Below, piece after piece: positions 48,376-60,000 of a stretch of 60,000 nucleotides of DNA. This DNA comes from Camelus dromedarius (taxonomy: Eukaryota). A program made the translations under genes and the position numbers. Numbering within the stretch: position 1 is the stretch's first letter; each line of letters opens with the position of its first letter. Under the pieces are notes generated by a model. It saw only the letters and a list, made by a program, of their open reading frames with translations, did not search any database and was not told the DNA's origin. Location of the stretch: contig NC_087437.1 in the NCBI RefSeq assembly GCF_036321535.1, positions 113,710,001 through 113,770,000 of the forward strand. The letters are read 5' to 3'.

Positions 48376-48742
48376 AGCATTTTAATAAAGATTTAATAGG
48401 TTAAGGTCTATATTATTATCTTGGTCATTATTTTTGTTTTTGTGTGTCATCCAGCTCTCTGGAGTTACTTGATGATTAAATCTAGTACTGATATTTGCTA
48501 AGAACACCAAGCACTCTCTTACTGAACCTGACCTTTTGTTCTTTCTTTCTTTTGTGAAGTTTACCTTCACCCAGCTTCGGGTGAAATGAACGTCATTTGT
48601 CTCAGGTTCTTGGAAGCTTGGCCAATTGTATCAAGCACATTCTGCCATGTCTAGAGAGAGCCAATGGTTAGTAGCATGACTGAAACGTGATTTCACTTCT
48701 CATGCACTCTTTGTTCACAGTCTTGGCACCATGTGCCTTGTC

Positions 48743-49499
48743 CATACTCATCAGAGTTCTCCAGAGAAACAGGACCTTTATTATAAGGAATTGGCTGATG
48801 TGACAATGGAGGTTAGGTCCCAAGATCTGCAGCTGGCAAGCTGGGGACTCAGGAGAGCTGGTGGTGGAGTTCAAGTCTGAAAGCTGGCAGGCTTGCAACC
48901 CAAAAAGATCTGATTTTTCAGTTTGAGTCTGAAGGCGGGATAAGACCAGTGGCCCCGCTATACAGTCCGGCAGCAGTCAGTTCAGATGTTCAATTGGTTG
49001 TGTCTTAATCCGTTCAAGCTGCTGTAACAGAATACCATGGACTGAGTGACTTAAACAACAGACAAGAATTTCTTACAGTTCTGGAGGCTGGGGAGTCCAA
49101 GGTCAAGGCCCTGGCAGGTCTGGTGAGGACCTGCTTCTGGTTCACAGACAGTCCTCTTCTCGCCATGTCCTCACATGGTGGAAGGGACACCTTGGGTCTC
49201 TTTGATGAGGGCACAAATCCCATCCGGGAGGCTCCACTTTCCTGACCTAGTCACCCCCAAAGGGCTCACCTTCTAATGTCACATTGAGGGCTAGGATTTC
49301 AACGTATGGATTCTGGAGGGGAACACAAACACTCAGTTTATGGCTGACTGGATGCGAGCCACCCAGGTGAGGGAGAGCAGTCTGCTTTACTCAGTCTCCC
49401 CAGTGCTCGTCTCACCCAGAGACATTCCCCCAGACACACCCAGAACGGCGTTTGGCCAAATGTCTGGGCATCTCATGAGGCATAAAATTAGCCGTCACA
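48743..49499 (-). mobile_element. MLT2 (ERVL) LTR with a nested MLT1A-like LTR
   Basis: GAGTTCTCCAGAGAAACAG...TAAGGAATTGGCT at the start and CATAAAATTAGCCGTCACA at the end. Interrupted at ~48999-49343. Confidence 0.8.
48999..49343 (-). mobile_element. MLT1A-like MaLR LTR (nested)
   Basis: TGTCTTAATCCGTTCAAGCTGCTGTAACAGAATACC...GGATTTCAACGTATGGATTCTGGAGGGGAACACAAACACTCAG. Confidence 0.85.
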
Positions 49500-50413
49500 T
49501 TGTCCAGCATACAAATGTGTCCTAACGGGTACAAACCCCTGAGCCCAAACCTCCCAAGGTGCTGTCCCCACGTGTCCCGTGGAGTCTGGCAGCCCCCATG
49601 AGCTGGTTACTCTCTGGGGGTCACCCCACAGCGGGGACTGCAAGAGGCCTCAACCATGCAGGAGACCATGACTTCGGTTTTGAAATACCCTTGTAGATAC
49701 CTGTTCTGAATTAAACTGTGTACAGCAGCTGCGCTCTGTCAGAGCAAAATTATTCAAATTACAACATTGATGGTTTACGTTTTCCTCTGAACTTTATGAA
49801 GTACTTTATCAGTCATTTTGTGGTTTTGTGAGGTAGGCACACAAAAGTGAGCTGTTGCCTCCATCAGGTTGGCTGCCCCCCATGGGTGTTCTGCTCAGAT
49901 TCACGCTCTTCAAAGCTGGAGGGTGGGGTCATTTACCTGTTCTTCCCCGGGTGCTCCGCCCTGACATTTTTGGCACCAAGAAGTTAACGCCAAGCCACAG
50001 AGCTGGTTGTTTGTCCCTGAGCTCATAATCCTCTCATAGCTCAAGAAGGATGGTGGCTCTTTCAAGGCAGAATCGGGATCAAGGATGACACCTGCACACA
50101 GAGGCTGGGAGAAGTGCGTGTGCTTTGGAATCGGACTCCAGAGATGCCAGTAGATGGGAGAGACCCGGCGTCCAAGGGGTCCAACAGTCCTGTCAACTCT
50201 GGAACTGGGTAGCCCTGGTTTCCCAGTCTGGGGGTAGACTGCAATGTGGGGGACCAAATGGGGCTCAGGACTGGAGTGTGACGCTGTGGTCACCAGGGAC
50301 ACATGCTCATGGACAGTGGGGTCCAAGACGGAGGATGGGGCAGAGAAGGGCGGTGCAGCAGGCAGGGGAAGGGCTCAAATGCGTCACGGCAGGAACTGAG
50401 GTTTAAATCTAGC

Positions 50414-50570
50414 CCAGAGGTTTTCGATTGTGGATTATTTTGCAATGTCTGGAGACACTTAGAGGTGTCACAATGGAGAGAGGGGGCTGACGGCATCTTT
50501 CAGGCAGAGATCAGGCTGCTAACATCCTACATGCCCAAGACGAATTGTCTGGATCCCAAAGTCAGCAATG
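50414..50570 (+). mobile_element. MER20 hAT-Charlie element
   Basis: GCAATGTCTGGAGACACTT...TGTCACAA...GGCATCT...GCTGCTAACATCCTACATGC. Confidence 0.75.
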
Positions 50571-51084
50571 TATACACATATATGTGCACACACACACGTG
50601 CCACACAGATGAGGAGTGTGGGGCCTTATCCCCTTACAGACTGGGACAGCAAAGGCTGGGGGAAGAGAGCTTAGAGGGGAGGAAGAGAGTTGAGAAGGGG
50701 AGGAGAGCTGGGACTCGGGGCAGAACCGCAGCTTGCGGGCCACACTGAGGGCCGCAGGCTCGGTCTGACTTGCAGGAAGGGCACTGATTGGCGGAGCCCA
50801 CTGCTGACAGCGAGGTAATCAAAGGCTGGGTCTGAGGGTGCTTCTTACCAAGATCCACCAAACTTGAAGGAGAAAACCAAACTGGGGGGAGTTCTTCCCG
50901 CTCAGGGAGGAATGACTGAAGGTTGGGGGCCACACTGAAATGTGGGATATCGTCAGGGGACTCATTTAAAAAGCCCAGAGAGGGCACACATGGAAACTCC
51001 CTATGAGGTACGTTACAGAGGCTTCTCTTTTCCCTCCACCTGCCCTCCGGGGGCATAGGGTCTCTTGGAGCAGAACAAAGCATG

Positions 51085-51280
51085 GTGATAAAGAGCATGC
51101 GCTCTCCAGCTAGTCTGCCTAAGCGTTAGCATCCTGCCTCTACTTCTTGCTGGCTGTGTGACTTAGGGCAATATACTTAACCTCTCTGTGCCTCAGTTTC
51201 CTCATCTGTAAAGTGGGCACAATAAAATAGCACTTATAGAAATACTGAGAGTTAAATGAGACATCTGTAAAGCTGAGGGC
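51085..51280 (+). mobile_element. MIR SINE
   Basis: GCTGTGTGACTTAGGGCAATATACTTAACCTCTCTGTGCCTCAGTTTCCTCATCTGTAAAGTGGG. Confidence 0.9.
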
Positions 51281-51589
51281 TCTCTGTGACAGTTGTTTCC
51301 CTTAGCGTCTCAAAATAGATGATCTTTTATTTTCCATCTTCCAAAATTCAGCCCCTCAGGAAACTGAAATTGAATTGGGAAAAAAAAAAGTAAGATCTTG
51401 GCCTCTGCTGTTCTTTTTCACCACTACCATATCCCAGGGGCTGTTAGCATTGGGGTCAGTCACATCTTTTTTGCAGGGACTGACATGAAGAGAAGACTCT
51501 GGGTGGGATGTTTCGTGGGCAAAGCAGCTTTGGAGTGACATGGAGAGCGTATTTCCCCTCAAGGATATAAAAACCCACCTGCTGAAATT

Positions 51590-51825
51590 ATTTTTGATTT
51601 TATTTTATTGAACATTTTTAACATGTAACATTGTGTAAATCTAAGATGTGCAACACATTCATTTGATACATTTATACTTTGTAATATGATGTCATTGTAG
51701 CAGTATTTAGCACCTCTATCACACGGAATAATTACAGTACAATACTGTTGTCTACATTCATTATCTTGTGCACTGTATCTCCATGTCCTATTTACTATTC
51801 ATGACAAGTACCTATACCCTTAAAC
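51590..51825 (-). mobile_element. L1MA-like 3' end
   Basis: T-rich tail then ACATGTAACATTGTGTAAATCTAAGATGTGCAAC...ATTTGATACATTTATA. Confidence 0.75.
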
Positions 51826-52969
51826 AATATTTTGCTCCTAAAGCATTCTGAAAAGTGCAAGCCAGAGCAGAGAGGTACAGTAGAGGGGATGTGAACTGCG
51901 TCAACACAGTGGAAAGATACTGACCAGGGTACAGGGCAGTTTATCGAAACAGCCACGGAGCGCATCTCTGTACAGAAGTGCTGCTAAATTCTAAAACCAG
52001 AAAATGAAAAAAAATAAATAAAGAGAAAATGAAACACACTGAGATTTACTTTTAAAATTCTGCTAAAGGATAAACATGCACAGGGGACAGTTTTCATTAA
52101 GCAGCCTTTAATATGCATAGAAGTATTTACACATTTCACCAACCCTCTGACTAATGCGTGTCAGTATAAGAAAATTTTTGTTTTTCTTTGCTGGATTTTT
52201 TTTTTCCTATGAGCTTTTCTGTTGTGATTCTGCCCTTTAGAAAGGGACAGGACAAATTTGGTTGACCAAGTTGGACACTGGACCCTTGACTGCATGTGAT
52301 GAATGTACTGCTGGTCCTGATTTGATTACGCTGGTTACCTAGAGAGTGAATATCATATTAAGAAATGGTATAGAGTTAAACAGGTGATTTAAGAGAGCTG
52401 CTATGAGATTCATAGCACTCAGGACACATGTGAGTATTAGGGGCTTTGTTGACAAGTGACAGCTCTGGGCGTGAAATAACAAATGGGCCCAATAGATCCC
52501 TCATCCCTATGGTCTTGGCAAGGACGTTTTCAATCGGAAAGTTTTTAGGCTGTAACGGATATGCACAAGGAAAGTCGTGGCCCCGCTTTTTCCTGTGTGA
52601 TTTATGTCACAATGCTCTGTGGGAGCTGGAGTCAACCTTTGCCGCCCACATGGCCTCACTTTAAGGGGAGCTGAGAGCCACTGAATTTATGTCCTTGTTC
52701 GAGCCTCCACCACCAATTAGTGTCAGAGGCAAGCCTTGATCATGCGACTACCGGTTCTTACGTCTGGGCTCCTTCCCCCACGCCGAGTGGGTGCCTTCCT
52801 GCAGAGACATCTGCTCTGAAGCGTTCGTGCCTCAGGAGTGACGTGGCATGTTTCAGCATCAATTATATGCTGAAAATGGGCATCCATTGTCATCTTTCAC
52901 TTGGTACAAACAAGTCTTCATTTCCCACTTCACTGTAACTCAAACCTTGTGTAATGTTTCCAAATGCTT

Positions 52970-53744
52970 GAAGAATGAGTCAAATGGTACTATTAAGGCA
53001 ACAGTGAGTGGTGAAGTAGTGTGTACACTTATTTCCAGAAAGCCTAAGGTGTTAGTTCACAAAAAATATTGACTTTCATGCCCTGGGGTAGAGTCCACCC
53101 GTGTTTTGATTGACTTCAGTTTAAATGAACAACTGTTTCTTGAGCACATTCTGTGCCGCCTCCTGTCTCAGTCCACGCTGACCTCCAACATCACTAACCC
53201 CAAACGGGAGCTTCACTTCCCAGTTTGCTCTTGGGGAGAAGGACAAAAATTCGTTCTCAGGTTCCTCTTCTCCCGTCCATGTTTACAGCTAGAGACGCAA
53301 GCAGAGCCCACAAACTCACTTTCTTCCCGACCATCTTTCCTAATCCCAGCTTGGCCGTCAATTGGCCACATGATTAACTGCAAGGAACGTATCTCTGTGG
53401 TTTTTACAAGCCCTCAAAGTTTTAAGAATTAGTCAATTATTTCTACTTTTGAGCCTCACCATGAGTGGGAACACAGCCTAAATCTTGCCTTCAGGGAGCT
53501 AATAGAAAAGAAGAATGAAAAAATATTGGCACATCTGAAAAGGCAGAAGAATGAGTCAAATGGTACTGTTAAAGCAACAGCGAGTGGTGAAGCAGTGTGT
53601 GCTCTTATTTCCAGAAAGCATTAGGTGCTAGTTCACAGAAAATATTGACTTTCATGCTCTGGGACAGAGTCCCCCCATATTTTGATTAACTTAGTTTAAA
53701 TGGACAACTGTTTCTTGAGCACATTCTGTGCCATCTCCTGTCTC
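52970..53744 (+). repeat. ~200-bp spaced direct duplication (52970-53169 and 53546-53744)
   Basis: Hand alignment gives about 21 differences over 200 bp. Confidence 0.95.
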
Positions 53745-53899
53745 CCAATTAGCAATTAGCTGCCTATCACCAGCTCAGTGGTGACCTAGCATGTGCCTAG
53801 ATTCCCTGTATTACCCATACTAGATGTATTTTCTTTCTCAATTTCCTTTCTTAACACTTATTTAAATCTTTGTTATGAAGAAAGAAACATGTGGGGGCA

Positions 53900-53978
53900 C
53901 TGAATGCCACTTAGCTGTACGCTCAAACATGGCTAAAATGGTAAATCTTAGGTTATGTATATTTCACCACAATAAAAA
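53900..53978 (+). mobile_element. Short L1MB-like 3' terminus
   Basis: ATGCCACTTAGCTGTAC...ATGGCTAAAATGGTAAATCTTAGGTTATGTATATTTCACCACAATAAAAAA; homologous to the 3' end of the 9419-9870 element. Confidence 0.8.
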
Positions 53979-56900
53979 AGAGATCGATGATTTCAGAAAG
54001 GAAAAAAAAATGATATTTTTTAAAACAACAAACAGAATTTTAGCTGCAGATATGGAAGGCCTTAAGATGAAAGATGGTTGAGCCCAAAGTGCTGTGGATC
54101 CAAGCTTCTCAGCCCTCAATAGCCAGGGTTGTTTTAGGGTTGATTACCTCTGAAACCAACTCTAAATCTTAAAATTCCCTATCTATGCCCTTCGGTTAGA
54201 TGAGTAACCTACTGATGCATCTCATTAAACTAAGGAGGTATTCCCCTGGAAAGTGAGGTCCTGTGCCAAGGAATTCTGTTGCTCCATTGCCCTTTGTCGC
54301 TATTGATGTGTGAACGTGACACAGACCTATCCTGCCATCCAGAATGTTAAACAAAAACAAATAACTTCCATGAAAAAAGCTCCTTTTCTGTCTGGTCTTC
54401 CCTTGGGAGCAAAGCATTGCTTTTCTTAAGTGGGATGAATTTTTGCACTTCATTACATGCCCTGATCTTTTCATCGCGTTAGCCTTTAAGGCAATAACAT
54501 AATCTTAGATCATCCCGATTAATGATTACAATAAAACCGTGGGTATAAATCTTAAGAGGGCTGTGAAAATGAACAGCTGCAGATGCTAAAGTCTGATTTC
54601 TGAAATTTCAGAAAGATTTATTGCTGTTGATGGTGATCTTATGTTTTTTGTTTTTTGGGTTTTTTTTTTTTTTTTGGTTTAATTAAACCAAATTTAATCT
54701 TTTGGTATATTTCTTTCCTAGAGATGTATCAAACTTCCAGTCTAGCTGTTGAACTGGTCTTCAGGGAGTAATTCACCCCCTGGACGAAATGTTCAACCCA
54801 AATTCGTCTGGTGTGATTTAAGTTTAGTCTTGACATTTTCATGGGAATCCTCACAGCACAAGGAGGAAGCACTGTTTACATGAAGAAGACTATTCCTGTG
54901 CTGGAAGCTGCTCAGTTCATCTCCCCGACCCTTGCTGGTGCAGGAAAAATGTCTCCTTGGCCTACCCACCGGCAGGAGTGAGGGACTCAGACCTTCAGAC
55001 TTCCCAGGAAAACAGGGCAGGGCACCAAAATGATGCTGCTTCCATGTGCACACTGGCCAAGGACTTCCAAACTCTTCTCAAACCTGGCTCATGACCTCAG
55101 TTAGTGTTCCTTAACAACATGTGGGAGAAAGAGACCTGGAAGAAGTTGGAGCTTTGCTGATTCTTCTGTATAGCAGCACGTGGTTCTACCAGGAGGTTGG
55201 GTCAGATGGTTCTGGAACATTCTATGTTCCAGAAGTACAAGACACAAAATGTACAACTATTCTATCCTCTTTTTTGAGGTTAAATTTTAAGGTGCTTATG
55301 TGAAAGAACCTAGAAACATCTTCTGGCTTAGAGATATCAGTGTCTTCACTCTCAGGATATCAGATACCTGGATGTCCACGTGATAAAATCCAAATGATTG
55401 CCTGATTTTCTCATTTTTCACCCCCTTGCATCACAGGCCCAGCAAGACACTAGAGATTATGTCGTGGGTGCCTGGGTGGGAAGGAGACGGAAGGTGGGCC
55501 AGAGTGTGGGCAGAGCCCATGCAAACTGGACTGCTCATCGAGTCTAGTTTTTCTTGCATTGCCCATTCTCAAGTTACTCTCATTCAAGGGGGTCAGCTGT
55601 TCATGGCTCTGGCCAAGATCGGAGGCTTGGCCCCAGGAAGAGGTTGCAGGCAGCAATAGGTCAGGGTATGAAGGGCCATAGGCCGTCCTTCCACGGGAAG
55701 TGGATGAGCCCCATGTCTGCCTTAGCATGTAATCTACACCGGTCCTTTTCCAAACGCAGTGGCTTAAGATAAACCAATTTGCCAAATACTACCCCAGAGG
55801 AAATACATATCCAAAGCTACATTATCCAGAAACTAGGCAGAAGTTGGTAAAGCATAAAAGAAAATCATTTCCTTAGTGGAAAATTAAACCCAGAACTACC
55901 CAGTTAGACTCTACACCAAGAATCTTCTTTTAGGGAGATTTGGCTCCTGCCATTTTGCAACTCTTTGCCTTGGGGTTAGTGAGGGGAATGTTCCTGATTA
56001 TTTCTGCCATGTCTGGGTCCCTGTTGACCCAAGAGGCTTCTGGTACCCTGCTGAACTATTTTGAAGTATCTGAGATAAGTTTGCAACATTCAAAGTGGCT
56101 TTCCTAAAGGCCGTGAGACAAGATAAGAAAAGTGGAAACAGAACGTCACAAATGATGAAAACGTGAGTGACGAGACTGGCCCTGCTGCAGGCCCAGCCCC
56201 TGTGCGTGGAACCCGGCGTGACTCCAGCCTACCTGCTGGTTTCCCAGCCACTCACAGTCCACCTGCTGCGTCCTTACACTGCAACAGGAGGGAGGGGTTC
56301 AGCCCTACAGCTGCCTAGACACCATACAAGTAAGAGAGATGGCACTGTCTCCCACTTCCTTGGGAACTGCCTTCTGTCTGCTTCCATGCCGCCCTCTGGG
56401 GATTGAAGCCAGAAAGTGGCCTTTCTGCCCAGGGGAGGCTCTGCCTTCTACCCGCAGGAATGCAGGCTAACCTACGCATCAAGAAGAAAATCGTAATTCC
56501 GTACGACAACCCCCAAACCACGCAAGCAATGTGTGCCAGGTAGACCAGCCGACTCACTTACTTAGCTTCAAAGAGATACTTAATTCTCTTATTTTTTTCA
56601 TTGCTTTAAAGTCTTCCCTCCACAGATACTGTCTTCTTCTTCCAGAACTCCTATTCTTTGCATTGGGTCTTCCACTGTATCACTTAGGAAGGGGAGGTCT
56701 GGGAGCCTTCCATGGTGGTGGTGGCCGTGGTGGCTGGAGCGCTACCGTAACAGGCAGGACCCATAGCTCTCGCTGACTGAGAGAGGTCAGTTGACCAAAC
56801 TCCTGGTTTGTCCAAGACTGATGGGTGCCCCAGGACAGGGGTCACCCAGACAGAAAGTGCTTCTGGAGAGGCCGTCAGGCCCCGCTCCTCACTCACAGAC

Positions 56901-57497
56901 AGCACCCCTCCAAACTCCACTCACGCCCCACCCCAGCTGCCCAGGACCACACAGAAGTCATCTTCAGCTCTTTGATTCCTTACACAAGTTTCAACCTCTT
57001 TTCATTGTCGTTTCAACCTTGCACTGCAATGTGTTCATTCTGCGTTAGAGTTGCTTGGCATTAGCTTCCAACAGATCCTTGAGGGCAAGCCCTCTGAGGT
57101 CAGAGCTCATCCCCACGTCCCTCCTAGTTCCTGGTCTAACTAGCCTTTCCCTCCCAACTTCCCCCTTCAAAGTTGTGCATGTGAAAGGGATGCGACTTGG
57201 ATGGGGAGAGAACGGGGAGGCGGGTCGGTCCTTAGTGAAGTCTCCTGAAGAGGCAGAAAGGGGGGGGGGCGGCTCTCCGTGGGAAAGAATGAAAGGCCAT
57301 CAGCTTCCAGCTTAGACGTGACCCTCTCCAGTCCCTGCAGCCACCATCTCTCTTAAGTCCCTCCTTCACTGTCATCTGCAGGGCCTCCTGTTGTTTTCCA
57401 GATTGGTTCTCCTGCCTCGTGAATAACTCAGAGCCCTTTCCTCTCCCTGATCCCTGAATACCCCACAAAGTTCAGGAATCCAGAAGGTCAAGGTTCT

Positions 57498-57501
<4 letters not shown>

Positions 57502-57554
<53 letters not shown>
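57502..57554. repeat. Perfect (TG)26 microsatellite
   Basis: Read directly from the sequence. Confidence 0.95.
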
Positions 57555-57555
<1 letters not shown>

Positions 57556-57919
57556 GGGGGAGGGATGTTTGCAGAGCGGCTTGAAGGCAGGAATCTATGA
57601 ATATTTTTACCTTTATCATAATAATATGAGTATTATAAATATTACACGCTTATTAAACCTTTATGGCATTGGGTTATTTCTCTTTCACGTGGATGGGTGG
57701 CTCTGGAAGGAGTCAGTTGTGGGTCAAGTGCATTTTACAATGAGAGCCCCCAGCAGAGGGACCCTCTGACCCCCATGAGGACTGAGAGCAAACTAGGGGA
57801 TGGAAAAAGGAGCCGCTTCCCTAGCAGTAGAAGTGAAGGCGTCTAAAGGAGGGCATTGGGACGTGCGTGGTCGTGCACGTGTGCGTGTGTGCTGTGAGTG
57901 GGCACTCGGCAGTCCAGGC

Positions 57920-58148
57920 CAATACGGTGAAAAATGAAGAACTTGGATTTGGACGTTGGATGGCTGGCTCGTTGCACCAGCCCTGGGCCTTTTAGGAAAT
58001 TGCTTAAACTTATTTCAAAGCTACAGTTTTCTCATCTGTCCTTCATAGAGTTCTTGGAAGGACTAAACACACCAACACACAGAAAACACTTAGCACCGAG
58101 CCTGGTGTATGGTAAACACTCAATAAACATCAGCTATTACTACTATTA
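57920..58148 (+). mobile_element. MIR SINE
   Basis: CAGTTTTCTCATCTGT...CACTTAGCACCGAGCCTGGTGTATGGTAAACACTCAATAAACATCAGCTATTA. Confidence 0.82.
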
Positions 58149-60000
58149 GGGCTGACCTCAACTAGAGATGAGAGGCGTCGAGGCCTCAATAAATTCTCAG
58201 GCGAGGGGACCGCGAGGAGCCGGGGCTGTGCTGGCTTGAATTTTTGAAACTGTCTTAACGTATTTGAAATTTATACTGAAATCCAACATGCTGAGGTCCC
58301 CTGATAAAAACGGAAAAAAAAAAATAGTGGAAGCATATGGTGGTCTGAGTCTTAAAGAAGAATGACTTCGATTATAGAAACAGGCTGTTGGAGAAACACG
58401 CTTTTTCAGCCCCGTCAGTCACAAACCTTTTCCAAATGTTGACATTATGCCTGATATTAATATACTATAAAGGATCTGTGGAAAAGTGGAAAAACACAAA
58501 TGCGCCATGCAAAGCTCGAGCCGGGCGAATGCCCCCAATGGATGAGAAGCCACAGTTCACAGCTAGCTTGTGTGAGTATCCGGGGTTGCAGTGGTTGGTG
58601 TCAGAAGGCTTGCAACAATTAGTCGCCATCTAAGGATGGGGCCAAGTCTGGACTTTTGTAAATTAGAGGAAGCATTTTCTCATCCAGTTTTTTATTATGA
58701 TTTTATTTTCTTTTACTCCATTATCAAGGACTATTTTTCCTTTTGGATTCCTTCTTGGTTTTGGAGATAAATTCCTACTTAGAAAAGGCCCATTTTTTTA
58801 CGCTCAAGCTTGGAGGAGTTATTCAGGCAGAGGAAAACCTTTGAAGTGGAGAGAAACTGCGCTATCAAGCCAGAATACGAAACAAAATCAGAAAGGGGCC
58901 CCTAATGCATTATGGAATACAACGCAGAATCTGCCCGAAGGTGATGCTAATTTCTGCTCTTGTCAATGAAAACCAGACGCCAGGATGACTTGCTCCGTAT
59001 TCATATGAACCCTCAGGCCTCTGAGTTGCCACATGGTGATACAGGAAAGCTAGTGGATCTGGTAGGCAAGGGGGGAGCCGAGTGATGGGACCAGGGCTGG
59101 CTTCTCTATTTTCTTTGGCATAGCTGATGGAAAAGTCAGAGAAAATGAATTTCAAATGATGGGTCAAAACTCAAGATCTGAAACACATTTCTTCCATCCT
59201 GTAGGTCTCCTGCATCCATGGAAATGCTTTTGATAACTTTAATTCCGTTGTCAGCCGCAGGTATGCTGTTGTAGCATTCTAGTTGAAAAAATCTTTTCAT
59301 TTCAGCCACTTAACCGTGCCATGAATCTCTTCCGATCCCATAAAATCGTGGGGAAAAAAGGTTCAAATTGGCTGTAAATGATTACATGAATTTCCTGTTT
59401 TCTTTCCATTTCTTTTCTCTTTTGCTTTTGAAAATTGTTCCTTTTTTGGGGGGAGGGGGCATATTCTGCATTAAAAATGTGGGGGTAGGGGACAGAAGAG
59501 CTAGATGGAGGCAGCAGCTGGGTTGGGGGCATCGCTCAGGCAACTTTTTTCCTTCACTCTGTCATTTTTGTCCATGTTGTGAAAATATTTCAAATGTTCA
59601 GCAAATGTTTGCGTGTGAAATGAAAAATGTGGAAATAACAAAATACCGTTTGGTGGTGAAATTTAAGAAATTAGACAGATGCATGAAAACACTAATGGGC
59701 CAAAGAGAGGCAACAGTGTCCTTAAGACTCTCTGAACTTTCCAAAGAGGGAGGAGGAGGATGTCAGAGCAGAAGGAAAGATGTCACAGTCTTCTGAAGGA
59801 GCGCTTCCTGCTGCTTCTTTCAGTTAACTTGGTTACAGAAGGGAGGGTCACATGCATTGTATCTTGGAGTAAAACAAGATCATAAGGAAGAAAGGAATAT
59901 CCCCCAACCCCCACCGCCGCCCACCACCAACTTGAACCGAGGGAAGACCCCTGTCTTCCCTGCATCTCTGGCACTGGAAACGCTGCAGAGAATCGCAGGC

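Noticed and set aside
52970..53744. The duplication as paired LTRs of a small retroelement, or as a CRISPR-like array
   Set aside because: No TG...CA termini, TSD or primer-binding site. Only two units, in a eukaryotic context.
59448..59490. G-quadruplex candidate
   Set aside because: The G-runs fall in two groups separated by a ~20-nt loop, and there is no other support.
158..59974. The ORFs in the supplied six-frame track as protein-coding genes
   Set aside because: All are 154 aa or shorter, many start at non-ATG codons, and many lie in repeats or microsatellites. None resembles a protein I recognise apart from LINE relics. This fits mammalian non-coding DNA.

Overview
Mammalian genomic DNA, not prokaryotic. 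A tRNA-Ala-derived Vic-1-like SINE (~21.0 kb) and cetartiodactyl-type L1 and Tigger1a elements suggest a camelid. The reverse complement of bases 1-83 (CTTTGGGCCTCATAAACAACCACAGAACCACAAGTTGGGTAGCCTGGCAGTGTCAGAAGTCTG...) matches, from memory, the 5' UTR of the RUNX1 distal-promoter (P1, RUNX1c) transcript. The window therefore holds the start of RUNX1 exon 1 on the minus strand, the P1 promoter, and about 60 kb of upstream gene desert. The RUNX1 start codon lies outside the window. I can support no protein-coding sequence; the listed ORFs are short and either chance ORFs or repeat-derived. The rest is interspersed repeats (L1, L2, MIR, MaLR/ERVL LTRs, hAT and Tigger MITEs), microsatellites and unique non-coding DNA. 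Main observations: (1) tandem RUNX sites and a CCAAT/E-box/CRE-like cluster at P1; (2) co-oriented CTCF-like motifs 2.8-6.2 kb upstream; (3) candidate haematopoietic enhancers at about -40.5, -42.6, -50.7 and -56 kb; (4) an orphan CpG-rich patch at -17.5 kb; (5) a 200-bp spaced duplication (~90% identity) that keeps an AP-1 site; (6) retrotransposition signatures, including a twin-primed L1, a possible 3' transduction and an L2 relic retaining endonuclease motifs. I found no evidence for a novel gene system. Repeat names were assigned by eye from remembered consensus sequences, and boundaries are approximate.
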